A stretch of DNA of 64,000 nucleotides, taken from NCBI GenBank assembly GCA_963977025.1, contig CAXBMW010000002.1:57641-121640 (forward strand). The letters are read 5' to 3'. Positions 10,101-18,029 of the stretch are shown one piece after another (position 1 is the stretch's first letter; the number at the start of each line of letters is the position of its first letter). Made by a program: the position numbers and the translations under genes. Below the pieces are notes generated by a model. It was not told where the DNA came from. It saw only the letters and a program-made list of their open reading frames with translations, and ran no database searches. Source of the DNA: an uncultured Balneolaceae bacterium. GTDB lineage: Bacteria > Bacteroidota > Rhodothermia > Balneolales > Balneolaceae.

Positions 10101-11597
10101 GAAGGAGTAACTGATTTGAAAGAACGAATTTTAATTGGAACTAAAGAGCGACTGCGCCCAATTTTGCTGACGGCAATAGCCGCTATTATGGGCTTCACAC
10201 CTATGGCATTCTCAGCTTCAGCCGGAGCAGAAGTGCAACGACCTTTAGCAACCGTTGTAATAGGTGGATTGATTAGTGCAACTTTGCTTACGCTAATTGT
10301 ACTGCCTGTTTTATACGCCTATGTAGAGCGCAGAGCAGAGAAAAAAACTCGTAAAAAAGGACTAAAAGCTTCGCTATTGTTAGCTTTTCTAATAGGTACG
10401 GGAAATATGATTGCTCCATCCGTTGTAAGTGCACAATCTATAAAAACGGATAGCTTACAAAGCATTTCATTAGAACAAGCAGTCCAAAAAGCAATGGATA
10501 ATTACCCCGCTATTAAAGCAGCACAGCTTGAAGTTGAAAGTCAACAGGCACTCAGGAAATCCGCTTGGGAAATTGGTGATACTGAGGTGTTCACAGGAAA
10601 AGAAGAAGTGGGCAACGGTTCAGACGGAGTTACCACAAAATTTGGTGTGGCGCAAAACCTGGATCTTTTTGGTATTGCTTCCCGGGTAAACCTCCAAAAG
10701 GAAAAGGCAAGCCTTGCTGAGATTAATGTTGAGTTAACGAACATAGAGATTGAACTAATGGTGAAGCAAAGCTGGTCAACAGTATATGCTGCTAAACAAA
10801 AGTACGAGCTGTTAGAACAACTAAATGCCCAGTTTAAGGACATCGCAAGAGCTGCTGAATTACGACTGGAAACGGAAGCCAGTTCTAAATTGGAATATCT
10901 TGCAACGCTCAATCAAGCCACTAAAATCAAAATTCAAACTGAGCAGGCCTTCAGAGATTATCTAAGTGCTGTTCAAAGTTTGAATAAATGGTTCAACGAT
11001 GATCAAACATATACCACTGATTTGATTTCTTCTGAAAAGTTAGATACGCCCATTAATTTTGAAAATGTTTCATTTAATAATCATCCTTATTTGAATATGG
11101 CTGAGCAGAGAGTTGAAGTAGCGGGTGCCGTTGCAAGAAATAACCGGAGTGAGTTCTTGCCAAAGCTTAGAGCACAGTATGGTTTTCAGGAAATTGCCGG
11201 GCAATCAGGATTCTATAAGTATGAACTTGGCATTAGCTTTCCGCTATTGTTTTGGTCAAATCTGGGTAAAACTCAATCCGCAAAGATAAAAACAGATATT
11301 GCCCGACAGAATCTTGAGGAGGTGCAAAGAGAGTTGAACAGCCGGTACAACAGTATGCAGGAAAACTACCTGAAGTGGCTTAGTTCATGGCAATATTATA
11401 AAAACGAAGCATTACCACTGGCAGAAGAACAACGAAAAGGTGCATTAACCGCTTACAAAGAAGGAGCTATTGATTACGTAATGTTCCTGCAAAATATCCG
11501 CGATGCCATCACCATTGAAATTGATTCCTGGGATGCTTTTGGCGAATACCTGAACAGTCGCTACCAACTGGAATACTATCTGAATACTTCTAAATAA
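7194..11597 (+). CDS. czcA: Heavy-metal efflux RND transporter (CzcA/CusA type) fused in frame to a TolC/CzcC-type outer-membrane factor
   Basis: Residues 1 to about 1045 form a full HME-RND protein (MINKIISFSIKNKFIV..., two large periplasmic loops, final TM ...LIVLPVLYAYVERR). A basic linker and a signal-like hydrophobic segment follow. The last ~385 aa have OMF features (SLEQAVQKAMDNYPAIKAAQLEVE, coiled-coil repeats, C-terminal YQLEYYLN). The ORF is uninterrupted. Confidence 0.9.
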   Translation: MINKIISFSIKNKFIVGLFILTLVGVGIYSMLTINLGSVPDITNNQVQVITSSDNLATEDIEQFVTYPVELAMGNLPGVTEIRSVSRFGLSVVTIVFDDDLGTYLPRQLVQEKLNEVKEDIPEKFGSPNMGPITTGLGEIYQYTIVPQAGFEDEYSPTELRTIQDWIVKRQMTLVDGVVEVNSFGGSIKQYEVAIDPDKLNAMGVTISEVYDALAMNNVNTGGAYIEKNKMANFIRGEGLIRSLEDIGSIVIKSEDGIPVLINDVAENVQFGTQTRYGAFTQDGHEAVGGMVLMLKGANPNDVIQNVKERIKSVQNSLPEGLKIEPFLDRSNLIARTTSTVSKNLIEGALIVVFVLVILLGSLRGGLVTASLIPLSLLFAFILMRATGVWANLMSLGAIDFGIIVDGAVIIVEGTVHEIEKRVKAKKSNFSSGEMDEITYQASSTMMNSAFFGQLIILIVFAPILFLEGVEGKMFRPMAFTFGYAVIGAIILCLTYVPMISALVMKPSANKNGWFARFEQSLEKVSNKLIGGLQRIYNPLLEIALKRKLIVISTAVILFLGSLFTFSRMGGEFIPQLDEGDIAMQALIRPGSGLSESIDISTKTQDILLNNFPEIKTVVSRIGVADIPTDPMPMDIADMAIILEKDKTKWTTVSSKDELIAKIKEKLNQELVGVNLVFSQPVELRFNELITGVREDVAVKLYGDDLEILAQKAEEISSLIQTVPGVGDVNPEKTAGLPQMTVRYNRQKIAQYGLTISKLNDYISTAFAGGVAGVVFEGEKRFDLVVRFDEANRQSIEDLRSLYIDLPSGSQVPIEEIADISYQPGPMQISRDNTFRRTSVGINTRGRDVESVVTDIQQKLDAELDLPVGYYITYGGEFENLQRAKSRLSIVVPIALFLIFLLLYFALNSLSQSVMIYLAIPLAAIGGIFFLALRDMSFSISAGVGFIVLFGVAVLNGLVLISRFNSLKEEGVTDLKERILIGTKERLRPILLTAIAAIMGFTPMAFSASAGAEVQRPLATVVIGGLISATLLTLIVLPVLYAYVERRAEKKTRKKGLKASLLLAFLIGTGNMIAPSVVSAQSIKTDSLQSISLEQAVQKAMDNYPAIKAAQLEVESQQALRKSAWEIGDTEVFTGKEEVGNGSDGVTTKFGVAQNLDLFGIASRVNLQKEKASLAEINVELTNIEIELMVKQSWSTVYAAKQKYELLEQLNAQFKDIARAAELRLETEASSKLEYLATLNQATKIKIQTEQAFRDYLSAVQSLNKWFNDDQTYTTDLISSEKLDTPINFENVSFNNHPYLNMAEQRVEVAGAVARNNRSEFLPKLRAQYGFQEIAGQSGFYKYELGISFPLLFWSNLGKTQSAKIKTDIARQNLEEVQRELNSRYNSMQENYLKWLSSWQYYKNEALPLAEEQRKGALTAYKEGAIDYVMFLQNIRDAITIEIDSWDAFGEYLNSRYQLEYYLNTSK

Positions 11598-11620
11598 CAC
11601 ATTTTAAAAACAATCCTATT

Positions 11621-12832
11621 ATGAATAACCAACAAATAAATCTCACACTATTTATAGTGCTAATTTCACTTTTTACGGCGTGCAATACCTCTAAAGTTGA
11701 AGAACAAGAATCCATGAATACCGAGGCTGCTACACTGGTTCAGCCTGCAGAGGATGGCGAGGGAAATGCTGCTCACCTGTCTGAACTCAAGTTTAACAGC
11801 CTTGGAATACAAGTAGATACGTTACCAAAAAGAGCTCTTTCTGGCTTAATCAAAGCTAATGGACAACTGGAAGTTCCCCCTCAGCATGAAGCGACCGTGA
11901 CCGCTATTTTGGGAGCAAATGTGACTGCTATAGAAGTTATTGAAGGTGATAAAGTATCAAAAAATCAAGTACTCGCTTATTTATCTCATCCTAATCTAAC
12001 CAATATACAAACGCAGTATGTACGCACCTATGAACAGATGTTGTACTTAGAAAAAGAGTATGCTCGCCAAAAAAGGTTGTATGAAGGGGAAGTAGGTTCG
12101 GGTAAAAGCTTTCAGGAAACCGAAGCCAATTACAAAGCTACCGTTGCAGAAGTAAAAGGCTTTGAAGCACACCTTAAGCAATTAAATTTATCTGTAGATA
12201 AAATCAGAAGTGGGAGCATTTTTGAGCAAGTTCCTGTGGTAAGTCCTATTGAAGGATTTATCGAAGGAGTAGAAATACAGATCGGGCAGTTTGTTGATCC
12301 TCAAACCGAATTATTTATGATCGTGAATAACGAACATATACATGCCGATTTAATGGTGTTTGAAAAAGATGTGTATCAGGTTAAAAAAGGACAGAAAGTT
12401 TCTTTTACTGTGCAATCTATCCCTGATGGAAGATTAACAGGAAAAATATACTCTGTTGGAAAACAGTTTGAGCAAAATCCCAAAGCGGTACATGTTCATG
12501 CTGAAATTGATCAGAAAGTAGGGTTTTTAATCCCGGGAATGTATATCAACGGAAATATATATACTTCTGAAACAGAAGTATTAGCTCTTCCTGAAACAGC
12601 GATTGTAGAGGATGAAGGGTTAACGTATATGTTCTCTGCTGTAAAACATCAGGAAAATGGTGAAACTGAATGGGAATTTACACCCATTGAAATTAAAACG
12701 GGCTTAGAAACTGAAGGATGGGTAGAAGTAAAATTACTTGAACCTTTACCAAAAGGAACAAAGGTAGCTTGGAACAATGCCTATTCCTTAATTGCGGAAA
12801 TGAAGAAAAGCCAAACTTCGCATGGCCATTAA
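11621..12832 (+). CDS. czcB: Efflux RND periplasmic adaptor (membrane fusion protein)
   Basis: Has a lipoprotein signal (LISLFTAC). It also has a lipoyl/hairpin/beta-barrel MFP pattern (ATVTAILGANVTAIEVIEGDKVSKNQVLAYL, coiled coil, PVVSPIEGFIEGVEIQIGQFV). It starts 23 nt after the pump gene. Confidence 0.85.
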   Translation: MNNQQINLTLFIVLISLFTACNTSKVEEQESMNTEAATLVQPAEDGEGNAAHLSELKFNSLGIQVDTLPKRALSGLIKANGQLEVPPQHEATVTAILGANVTAIEVIEGDKVSKNQVLAYLSHPNLTNIQTQYVRTYEQMLYLEKEYARQKRLYEGEVGSGKSFQETEANYKATVAEVKGFEAHLKQLNLSVDKIRSGSIFEQVPVVSPIEGFIEGVEIQIGQFVDPQTELFMIVNNEHIHADLMVFEKDVYQVKKGQKVSFTVQSIPDGRLTGKIYSVGKQFEQNPKAVHVHAEIDQKVGFLIPGMYINGNIYTSETEVLALPETAIVEDEGLTYMFSAVKHQENGETEWEFTPIEIKTGLETEGWVEVKLLEPLPKGTKVAWNNAYSLIAEMKKSQTSHGH

Positions 12833-12846
12833 ACAATAAACTAAAT

Positions 12847-12876
12847 GCATTGGCAGATGTAATAATTTGCCAATGC
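12847..12876 (+). other. Intercistronic hairpin between czcB and the PII-like gene
   Basis: The 8-bp stem gcattggc (12847-12854) / gccaatgc (12869-12876) has a 14-nt AT-rich loop. It begins 14 nt after the czcB stop. It could act in attenuation or mRNA processing; the function is unknown. Confidence 0.3.
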
Positions 12877-12896
12877 AACTATTAATGAGAAGCATT

Positions 12897-13229
12897 ATGA
12901 AAGAAATAAAAGCATTTATAAAACCAAATAAAGTACAGTCTGTTGTAAAGCATTTACAAGAGGCCGGCATAGAAAGTGTTACCCTTTCTAAAGGAGAAGG
13001 AACAGGGGCTTACAAGCGTAAAGACGCCTCTCCATCATTAGATTTTAATTTTACGGACAGTCCTGTTGTAAAACTTGAACTCGTTTGCCATAATGAAGAG
13101 CTTGATAAGGTTATTGATTTAATCTGTGAAAAAGCTCGCAGCACTGATCCCGGAGATGGGATTATTTATGTAACGGATATAAAAGAAGCGTATCGGGTAA
13201 AAACAGGAGAGCACTTGCATCTGGTCTAA
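12897..13229 (+). CDS. PII-like (GlnB-fold) signal-transduction protein associated with metal efflux
   Basis: From the ATG at 12897 it encodes 110 aa: MKEIKAFIKPNKVQSVVKHLQEAGIESVTLSKGEGTG...GDGIIYVTDIKEAYRVKTGE. It matches the PII beta-alpha-beta layout, including the B-loop-like GDGxIxV motif. The T-loop region is divergent (AYKRKDASPSLDFNFTDS). The upstream extension in the ORF track (12867) is unlikely to be translated. Confidence 0.8.
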   Translation: MKEIKAFIKPNKVQSVVKHLQEAGIESVTLSKGEGTGAYKRKDASPSLDFNFTDSPVVKLELVCHNEELDKVIDLICEKARSTDPGDGIIYVTDIKEAYRVKTGEHLHLV

Positions 13230-13265
13230 TCAGATTCTAATCTTGAGATTTATAATACTTCAACT

Positions 13266-13622
13266 ATGTTAAAAACTGAAGAAATAAAAAAAAGAATAAG
13301 TACACCTTTAGCTTTTATGGGTCTAATTTTAATAAGCATAACTATCTTACAAATATGTGGAAAAGAAAAAGATACCGCTTTAGTTAATTCGGGAACATAT
13401 ATTGGGATAGTTACTGATGCGGTTGAACCTGCACGAGAATTCTATGTTAAACTTACCAACGATTCTTTAGTTCGTCTTAATTTTAGCAGTGAAACTACAC
13501 TTACAAAAAATGGAGAAACAGTTCCTTTTGGAGAGCTAAAAGAAGACAGTAAGGTTGAAGTGAAACTCGAGAGAATGGAAGAAAAAATGAATCCAATTTC
13601 TGTTAAAATTTTAGAAAAATAA
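13266..13622 (+). CDS. Small membrane-anchored or lipoprotein of unknown function
   Basis: Has a hydrophobic N-terminus with a possible lipobox (ILISITILQICG). A beta-rich ~80-aa domain follows. It has no metal-ligand-rich motifs. It sits between the PII-like gene and czcD, with a 3-nt gap to czcD. Confidence 0.5.
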   Translation: MLKTEEIKKRISTPLAFMGLILISITILQICGKEKDTALVNSGTYIGIVTDAVEPAREFYVKLTNDSLVRLNFSSETTLTKNGETVPFGELKEDSKVEVKLERMEEKMNPISVKILEK

Positions 13623-13625
13623 TAT

Positions 13626-14510
13626 ATGAGCCATTCTCACGATCATTCTCAAAACAGCGGTAATATAAAAATTGCTTTCTTCCTTAATGTTGGCTTCACC
13701 ATATTGGAGTTTTTTGGTGGACTGTATGTAAACAGTGTAGCCATTATTTCGGATGCACTACATGATCTTGGTGACAGTCTCTCCCTTGGACTGTCATGGT
13801 ATTTGGATCATAAGTCGAAACAAGGCTCAAACAGGTCATTCACATTTGGCTATACGAGGTTTTCTCTCTTGGGAGCTTTGGTGAATAGCTTAGTTCTGAT
13901 CGGGGGTTCAATATTCGTCATTAAAGAAGCGGTTGGACGCATAATAAGCACTGAACATACAGATGCTAAAGGTATGCTTATTTTTGCGATCATTGGTGTT
14001 AGCGTAAATGGCTATGCAGCGTGGAAAGTAAGCAAAGGTAAAACACTCAATGAAAAAGTCATTTCATGGCATTTGCTAGAAGATGTACTTGGATGGGCAG
14101 CGGTCTTGATTGTTTCCGTTGTATTGATGTTTAAGGACATTCATTATTTAGATCCTGCTCTTTCTCTTTTTATTACCGCTTATGTACTATGGAATGTTCT
14201 CAAGCGGTTGAAAGAGACCTTATATTTGTTTTTACAAGGCAGTCCTGATGAGATTAGCGTTGAAGAACTGGAAGAGAAGTTCTTGGATAAAGACTTTATT
14301 GCTGAGACAAGACATCTGCACGTATGGTCACTGGACGGAGAACAACATGTATTGACAGTTCATCTGGTTTTAAAAAATGTTACCACCTATTCCGAAATTA
14401 AAGAAGCAAAAAAAGAGATTAGAAGTCTACTAAAACCCTACAAGTTTAGCCATAGTACCATAGAGGTTGAACTGGACGAAGAAACATCATCTCTAACATC
14501 AGAAGGTTAA
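13626..14510 (+). CDS. czcD: Cation diffusion facilitator (Zn/Co/Cd efflux)
   Basis: Has a His-rich N-terminus (MSHSHDHSQ), the CDF TM2/TM5 signature (SDALHDLGDSLSLG, HLLEDVLGWAAV) and a C-terminal cytoplasmic domain (HLHVWSLDGEQHVLTVHL). Confidence 0.9.
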   Translation: MSHSHDHSQNSGNIKIAFFLNVGFTILEFFGGLYVNSVAIISDALHDLGDSLSLGLSWYLDHKSKQGSNRSFTFGYTRFSLLGALVNSLVLIGGSIFVIKEAVGRIISTEHTDAKGMLIFAIIGVSVNGYAAWKVSKGKTLNEKVISWHLLEDVLGWAAVLIVSVVLMFKDIHYLDPALSLFITAYVLWNVLKRLKETLYLFLQGSPDEISVEELEEKFLDKDFIAETRHLHVWSLDGEQHVLTVHLVLKNVTTYSEIKEAKKEIRSLLKPYKFSHSTIEVELDEETSSLTSEG

Positions 14511-14523
14511 AGAGTATGGCACA

Positions 14524-14549
14524 ACCATATTTTCGTATAAAAATATGGT
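14524..14549 (+). terminator. Hairpin terminator candidate after czcD
   Basis: The 10-bp perfect stem accatatttt (14524-14533) / aaaatatggt (14540-14549) has a 6-nt loop. It begins 14 nt after the czcD stop. No strong T-run follows. Confidence 0.5.
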
Positions 14550-14867
14550 CTGCAGTCATTATGCCGATACATTAATATCTGAAATGAAAAAAGCCAAACC
14601 GAACATGACCTCTAAGTATTTGTTGGCAAGATTATTATTGAGTGGTAAATAAGACTAACTCACTGATATTCATTTCAACATTGCAGTATTATAATTTTTT
14701 CATGAATAAATAACATTTATTTTAGGATGTAATATGGGTAAATGTTAAAGACTCCGAGAATAAAAGCTTAGAACCACATAAAGGAATTATATAACTATAA
14801 CGGTAGTTATTTTAGGTGTGGTTTAAGATATTTGAGGTAGATAGCTGTAAGGATCCTAGGTTTATAT

Positions 14868-17800
14868 ATGATGAAATTTTTTAGCAAGCCTGAAGTCAAA
14901 GGATTTCATGTAGGCTTAGTAATTATTATTCTAGGTTTCCTGATTTCATATTTTAGGTATCAAGGTCTACGCCAAATGGAAAAGAATGACCTAATAAAAG
15001 TATTGGCAACGGTTGAACAGAATATTAGCCGAACCATTCATGAGAGCCATAATGCAGCACTTACTTTAGCATTAACTGTAGGCGCCGATGGGAAAGTAAA
15101 AGATTTTGATTCTGTAGCAGAACGTATTTTTGAAAACAATGAAAGCATTGATCTTTTAGAACTACTACCAGATGGAGTAATCGAGTATGTATATCCATTA
15201 CAAGGTAATGAAGCTGTAGTTGGATATGACGTTATAAACGACCCAAAAGTACAACTTGAACTAGAAAGGGCTTCAATAGAAGAGAGAATGTACTTTGCAG
15301 GACCATTTGAGTTAAAACAAGGTGGCTTAGCGGTAGCGGGAAGACTTCCTATATTTATTAATGGTGAGCTTTGGGGGTATTCAGCAGTTTTAATTTATTT
15401 AGAAACACTCATAAGCCAATCAGGGGTTAACACTTTCTACCATGATGAATATTATTTTCAGCTGGCTAAAACAAATCCAAATACAGGAGAAGAAGAGTAT
15501 TTTCTTCCACTTAGAAATGATATAACACTAAATTCTTATGATACAGTAAGTTTTCCAGACGGAGATTGGAAGTTATACAGCGCTAAAATTGGAAAAAGTG
15601 AGGCCAAAATATCGTTTATATTAATTATGACTCTAACCCTTATTGTGGGCGTTATAAGTACCTATTTATCAACTTTGCTTTTCAGAAAACCCGACGAATT
15701 AAAAGTATTACTAGAAGAAAAGTCTCGTGAGTTGTTAAAAAGCCGTGAGATGTATAAAAACAAGTCAGGCTTATTACAATCTATTTTAGAGAGCCCAAAG
15801 GATATGGAGATATTCTCTTTAGATAGAAATTTTTGCTATTTAGCATTTACCACCTCTCATGAAAAATCAGTTAAAAAATTCTTCAATAGAGAAATAGCAG
15901 TCGGCGATTGTATTCTAGATGGATTATCTGATCAAGAGCTTACTGAAAAAGTTAAAGGTATCTATGCAAAGGTACTTAATGGCGAACATGTTGAGTTTAC
16001 GTACAAAGAAGATGACGGTCCTTTTCAAGGACATTATTATGAGAACAAGTTGGCTCCAATTATCGATGATAATGATGAAATTATAGGGATTACCTCTTTT
16101 GTGATAGATATCACTGCTCGCGAGAAAGCAGAAAGGGAATCTAAAAAGCATGAGCAAAGGTTTAAAGCACTCATCGAAAACGGAAGTGATGGAGTAGCTA
16201 TTCTAAACCTAGATGGAACAGCTTCATACATTGGGCCGTCTGTGCAAAGAATTCTAGGGTATACTGAAGAAGAAGTTATAGAGCTTGGACTAACAGGTTT
16301 AATTCAAGAAGACGATTTAGTTGAAGCTTTAAAAGTAATACAACAATCTATATTGCAACCTGGTGTAACTATTAAAGGTCATACATCTAGGATGAAGCAT
16401 AAAGATGGTAGCTGGAGATGGATTGAAGCGGTAGTTACAAACTTACTTGATGACCCTGCTGTTCGTGGTATAGTGGATAATTTCAGAGATGTTACAGAGA
16501 AAGTAGAAGCCGAAAATGAATTAAAAAGAGTTTTAGAGCAGCTTAGAAATCATCTTGAAAATTCGCCATTAGGAGTTATTGAGTATACAAAAGATTTGTA
16601 TATAACTAAGTGGTCAAAAAAGTGTGAGGATATTTTCGGATGGTCTGAAGAGGAAATGATAGGTAAACATGCCCTTGATTTTATTTATGAGGATAATAAG
16701 AAAGATGTAGCAGTAGTAGGTACAGAACTTTCAACGGGAGATGTAAACGGAAATATCTCATACAATAGTAACTATACCAAAAGTGGAAAAGTAGTAGACT
16801 GTATTTGGTATAATTCTATCATTAAAAATGAAGAAGGCGAAGTTATAAATGTAATGTCTTTGGTTGAAGACATTACATTCAAAAACCGAGCTGAAGAGCA
16901 ATTAAGAGAAAGTGAATATCGATTTAGAACACTTGTGAACAATTCGCCCTACTGTATTCACGAAATTGACATGAATGGCGTGTTGATGTCTATAAATAAG
17001 GCAGGGCTTGGTATTGTAGGTTTATCGGATGTGAATGAAATAGTTGGGTTACCTTATTTGCAGAATATTGGTGAAAAAGACTTACCAAGAATTACAGATC
17101 TTCAAGAAAGAGCATTTAAGGGAGAAAACTCTGAGTTTGAGTATGATTCGATTTATGGAAAACGATTTTTATCTTCATTTGTACCAATTAAAGATAAGGA
17201 AGGCAATGTTCAGCGTTTAATGGGCATGACTCAAGATGTGACTGAAAGAAAGAAGAATGAGGAGACGATTGCTAAATCATTAAAGGAAAAGACAACTCTC
17301 TTGTCTGAAATCCACCATCGAGTTAAGAATAACTTAGCTATAGTTTCGGGGCTCCTACAACTTCAAAGTAACGAAACTAACGACGAAAGATTGACCTCCG
17401 CTTTCGATCAAAGTATCAATCGGATTATCTCTATTGCAATGGTTCACGAATTGATGTATAAATCTCAGGATTTATCGTCTATAAACATTCATTCATATTT
17501 AGAGCTATTACTTCCAGCTATCATGAGAACTCTTAAGGATGATAGAAAAGACATTGACGTCGATATTCAAATCGAAGATTATAAAATGAATATAAATGAG
17601 GCAATACCTTTAGGTCTTTTGTTCAATGAACTTTTTACGAATTCATTTAAATATGCTTTTGAAGAGGACAAAAAAGGGAAGATAACCGTTAGGCTAAGGG
17701 TTGAAGATAATTGCGTGATTGTATTATATGAGGATAATGGAAAGGGATTTGAAGAGGATAATGACTTTGAGGAGCCCAAAAATCTAGGACTTACTCTAAT

Positions 17801-17918
17801 TCATACCCAAATGAGCCAACTAAGCGCTACACATAAAGCTGACACAGATTCAAAGTTTAAACTAGAGTTTAAATTTTCAGCAAAAGAGAAAGGTTCTCAT
17901 TCAAATATCAAAAATTAA
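14868..17918 (+). CDS. Membrane sensor histidine kinase: CHASE-like periplasmic domain, multiple PAS domains, HisKA_2 and HATPase
   Basis: Two TM segments flank a CHASE-like domain (LLELLPDGVIEYVYPLQGNEAVVGYDV...GPFELKQGGLAVAGRLPIF). Repeated PAS modules follow. The H-box is EIHHRVKNNLAIVSGLLQLQ (HisKA_2 type). The ATPase motifs are NELFTNSFKYAF and DNGKGF. Confidence 0.9.
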   Translation: MMKFFSKPEVKGFHVGLVIIILGFLISYFRYQGLRQMEKNDLIKVLATVEQNISRTIHESHNAALTLALTVGADGKVKDFDSVAERIFENNESIDLLELLPDGVIEYVYPLQGNEAVVGYDVINDPKVQLELERASIEERMYFAGPFELKQGGLAVAGRLPIFINGELWGYSAVLIYLETLISQSGVNTFYHDEYYFQLAKTNPNTGEEEYFLPLRNDITLNSYDTVSFPDGDWKLYSAKIGKSEAKISFILIMTLTLIVGVISTYLSTLLFRKPDELKVLLEEKSRELLKSREMYKNKSGLLQSILESPKDMEIFSLDRNFCYLAFTTSHEKSVKKFFNREIAVGDCILDGLSDQELTEKVKGIYAKVLNGEHVEFTYKEDDGPFQGHYYENKLAPIIDDNDEIIGITSFVIDITAREKAERESKKHEQRFKALIENGSDGVAILNLDGTASYIGPSVQRILGYTEEEVIELGLTGLIQEDDLVEALKVIQQSILQPGVTIKGHTSRMKHKDGSWRWIEAVVTNLLDDPAVRGIVDNFRDVTEKVEAENELKRVLEQLRNHLENSPLGVIEYTKDLYITKWSKKCEDIFGWSEEEMIGKHALDFIYEDNKKDVAVVGTELSTGDVNGNISYNSNYTKSGKVVDCIWYNSIIKNEEGEVINVMSLVEDITFKNRAEEQLRESEYRFRTLVNNSPYCIHEIDMNGVLMSINKAGLGIVGLSDVNEIVGLPYLQNIGEKDLPRITDLQERAFKGENSEFEYDSIYGKRFLSSFVPIKDKEGNVQRLMGMTQDVTERKKNEETIAKSLKEKTTLLSEIHHRVKNNLAIVSGLLQLQSNETNDERLTSAFDQSINRIISIAMVHELMYKSQDLSSINIHSYLELLLPAIMRTLKDDRKDIDVDIQIEDYKMNINEAIPLGLLFNELFTNSFKYAFEEDKKGKITVRLRVEDNCVIVLYEDNGKGFEEDNDFEEPKNLGLTLIHTQMSQLSATHKADTDSKFKLEFKFSAKEKGSHSNIKN

Positions 17919-18029
17919 ATAATAAAAGAGTTAATTGAGTTGCTAAAAGATGTATTGAGTTTTATTACGGAATAAATTACCATTCATAGTTAGTCTTTGA
18001 TGGAAAGACTTTAAATCTATAGACTCAAT

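Noticed and set aside
7260-10912. Numerous 60-125-aa minus-strand ORFs inside the RND/OMF gene (for example 8105..8470 and 10541..10912)
   Set aside because: These are antisense shadows of a long, strongly supported coding region. They have low-complexity, S/I/L-rich translations and no independent signals. The same reasoning applies to minus-strand ORFs inside nosZ, the kinases, the TonB receptor, the GH5/GH26 genes and the sulfatase, and to plus-strand ORFs 53169..53384, 53452..53661, 60619..60810 and 61903..62265.
14714-14824. 10-nt direct repeat ttattttagg occurring twice about 90 nt apart upstream of the first kinase
   Set aside because: The region is very AT-rich, so a 10-mer recurrence is plausibly chance. 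It has no dyad symmetry or helical phasing.
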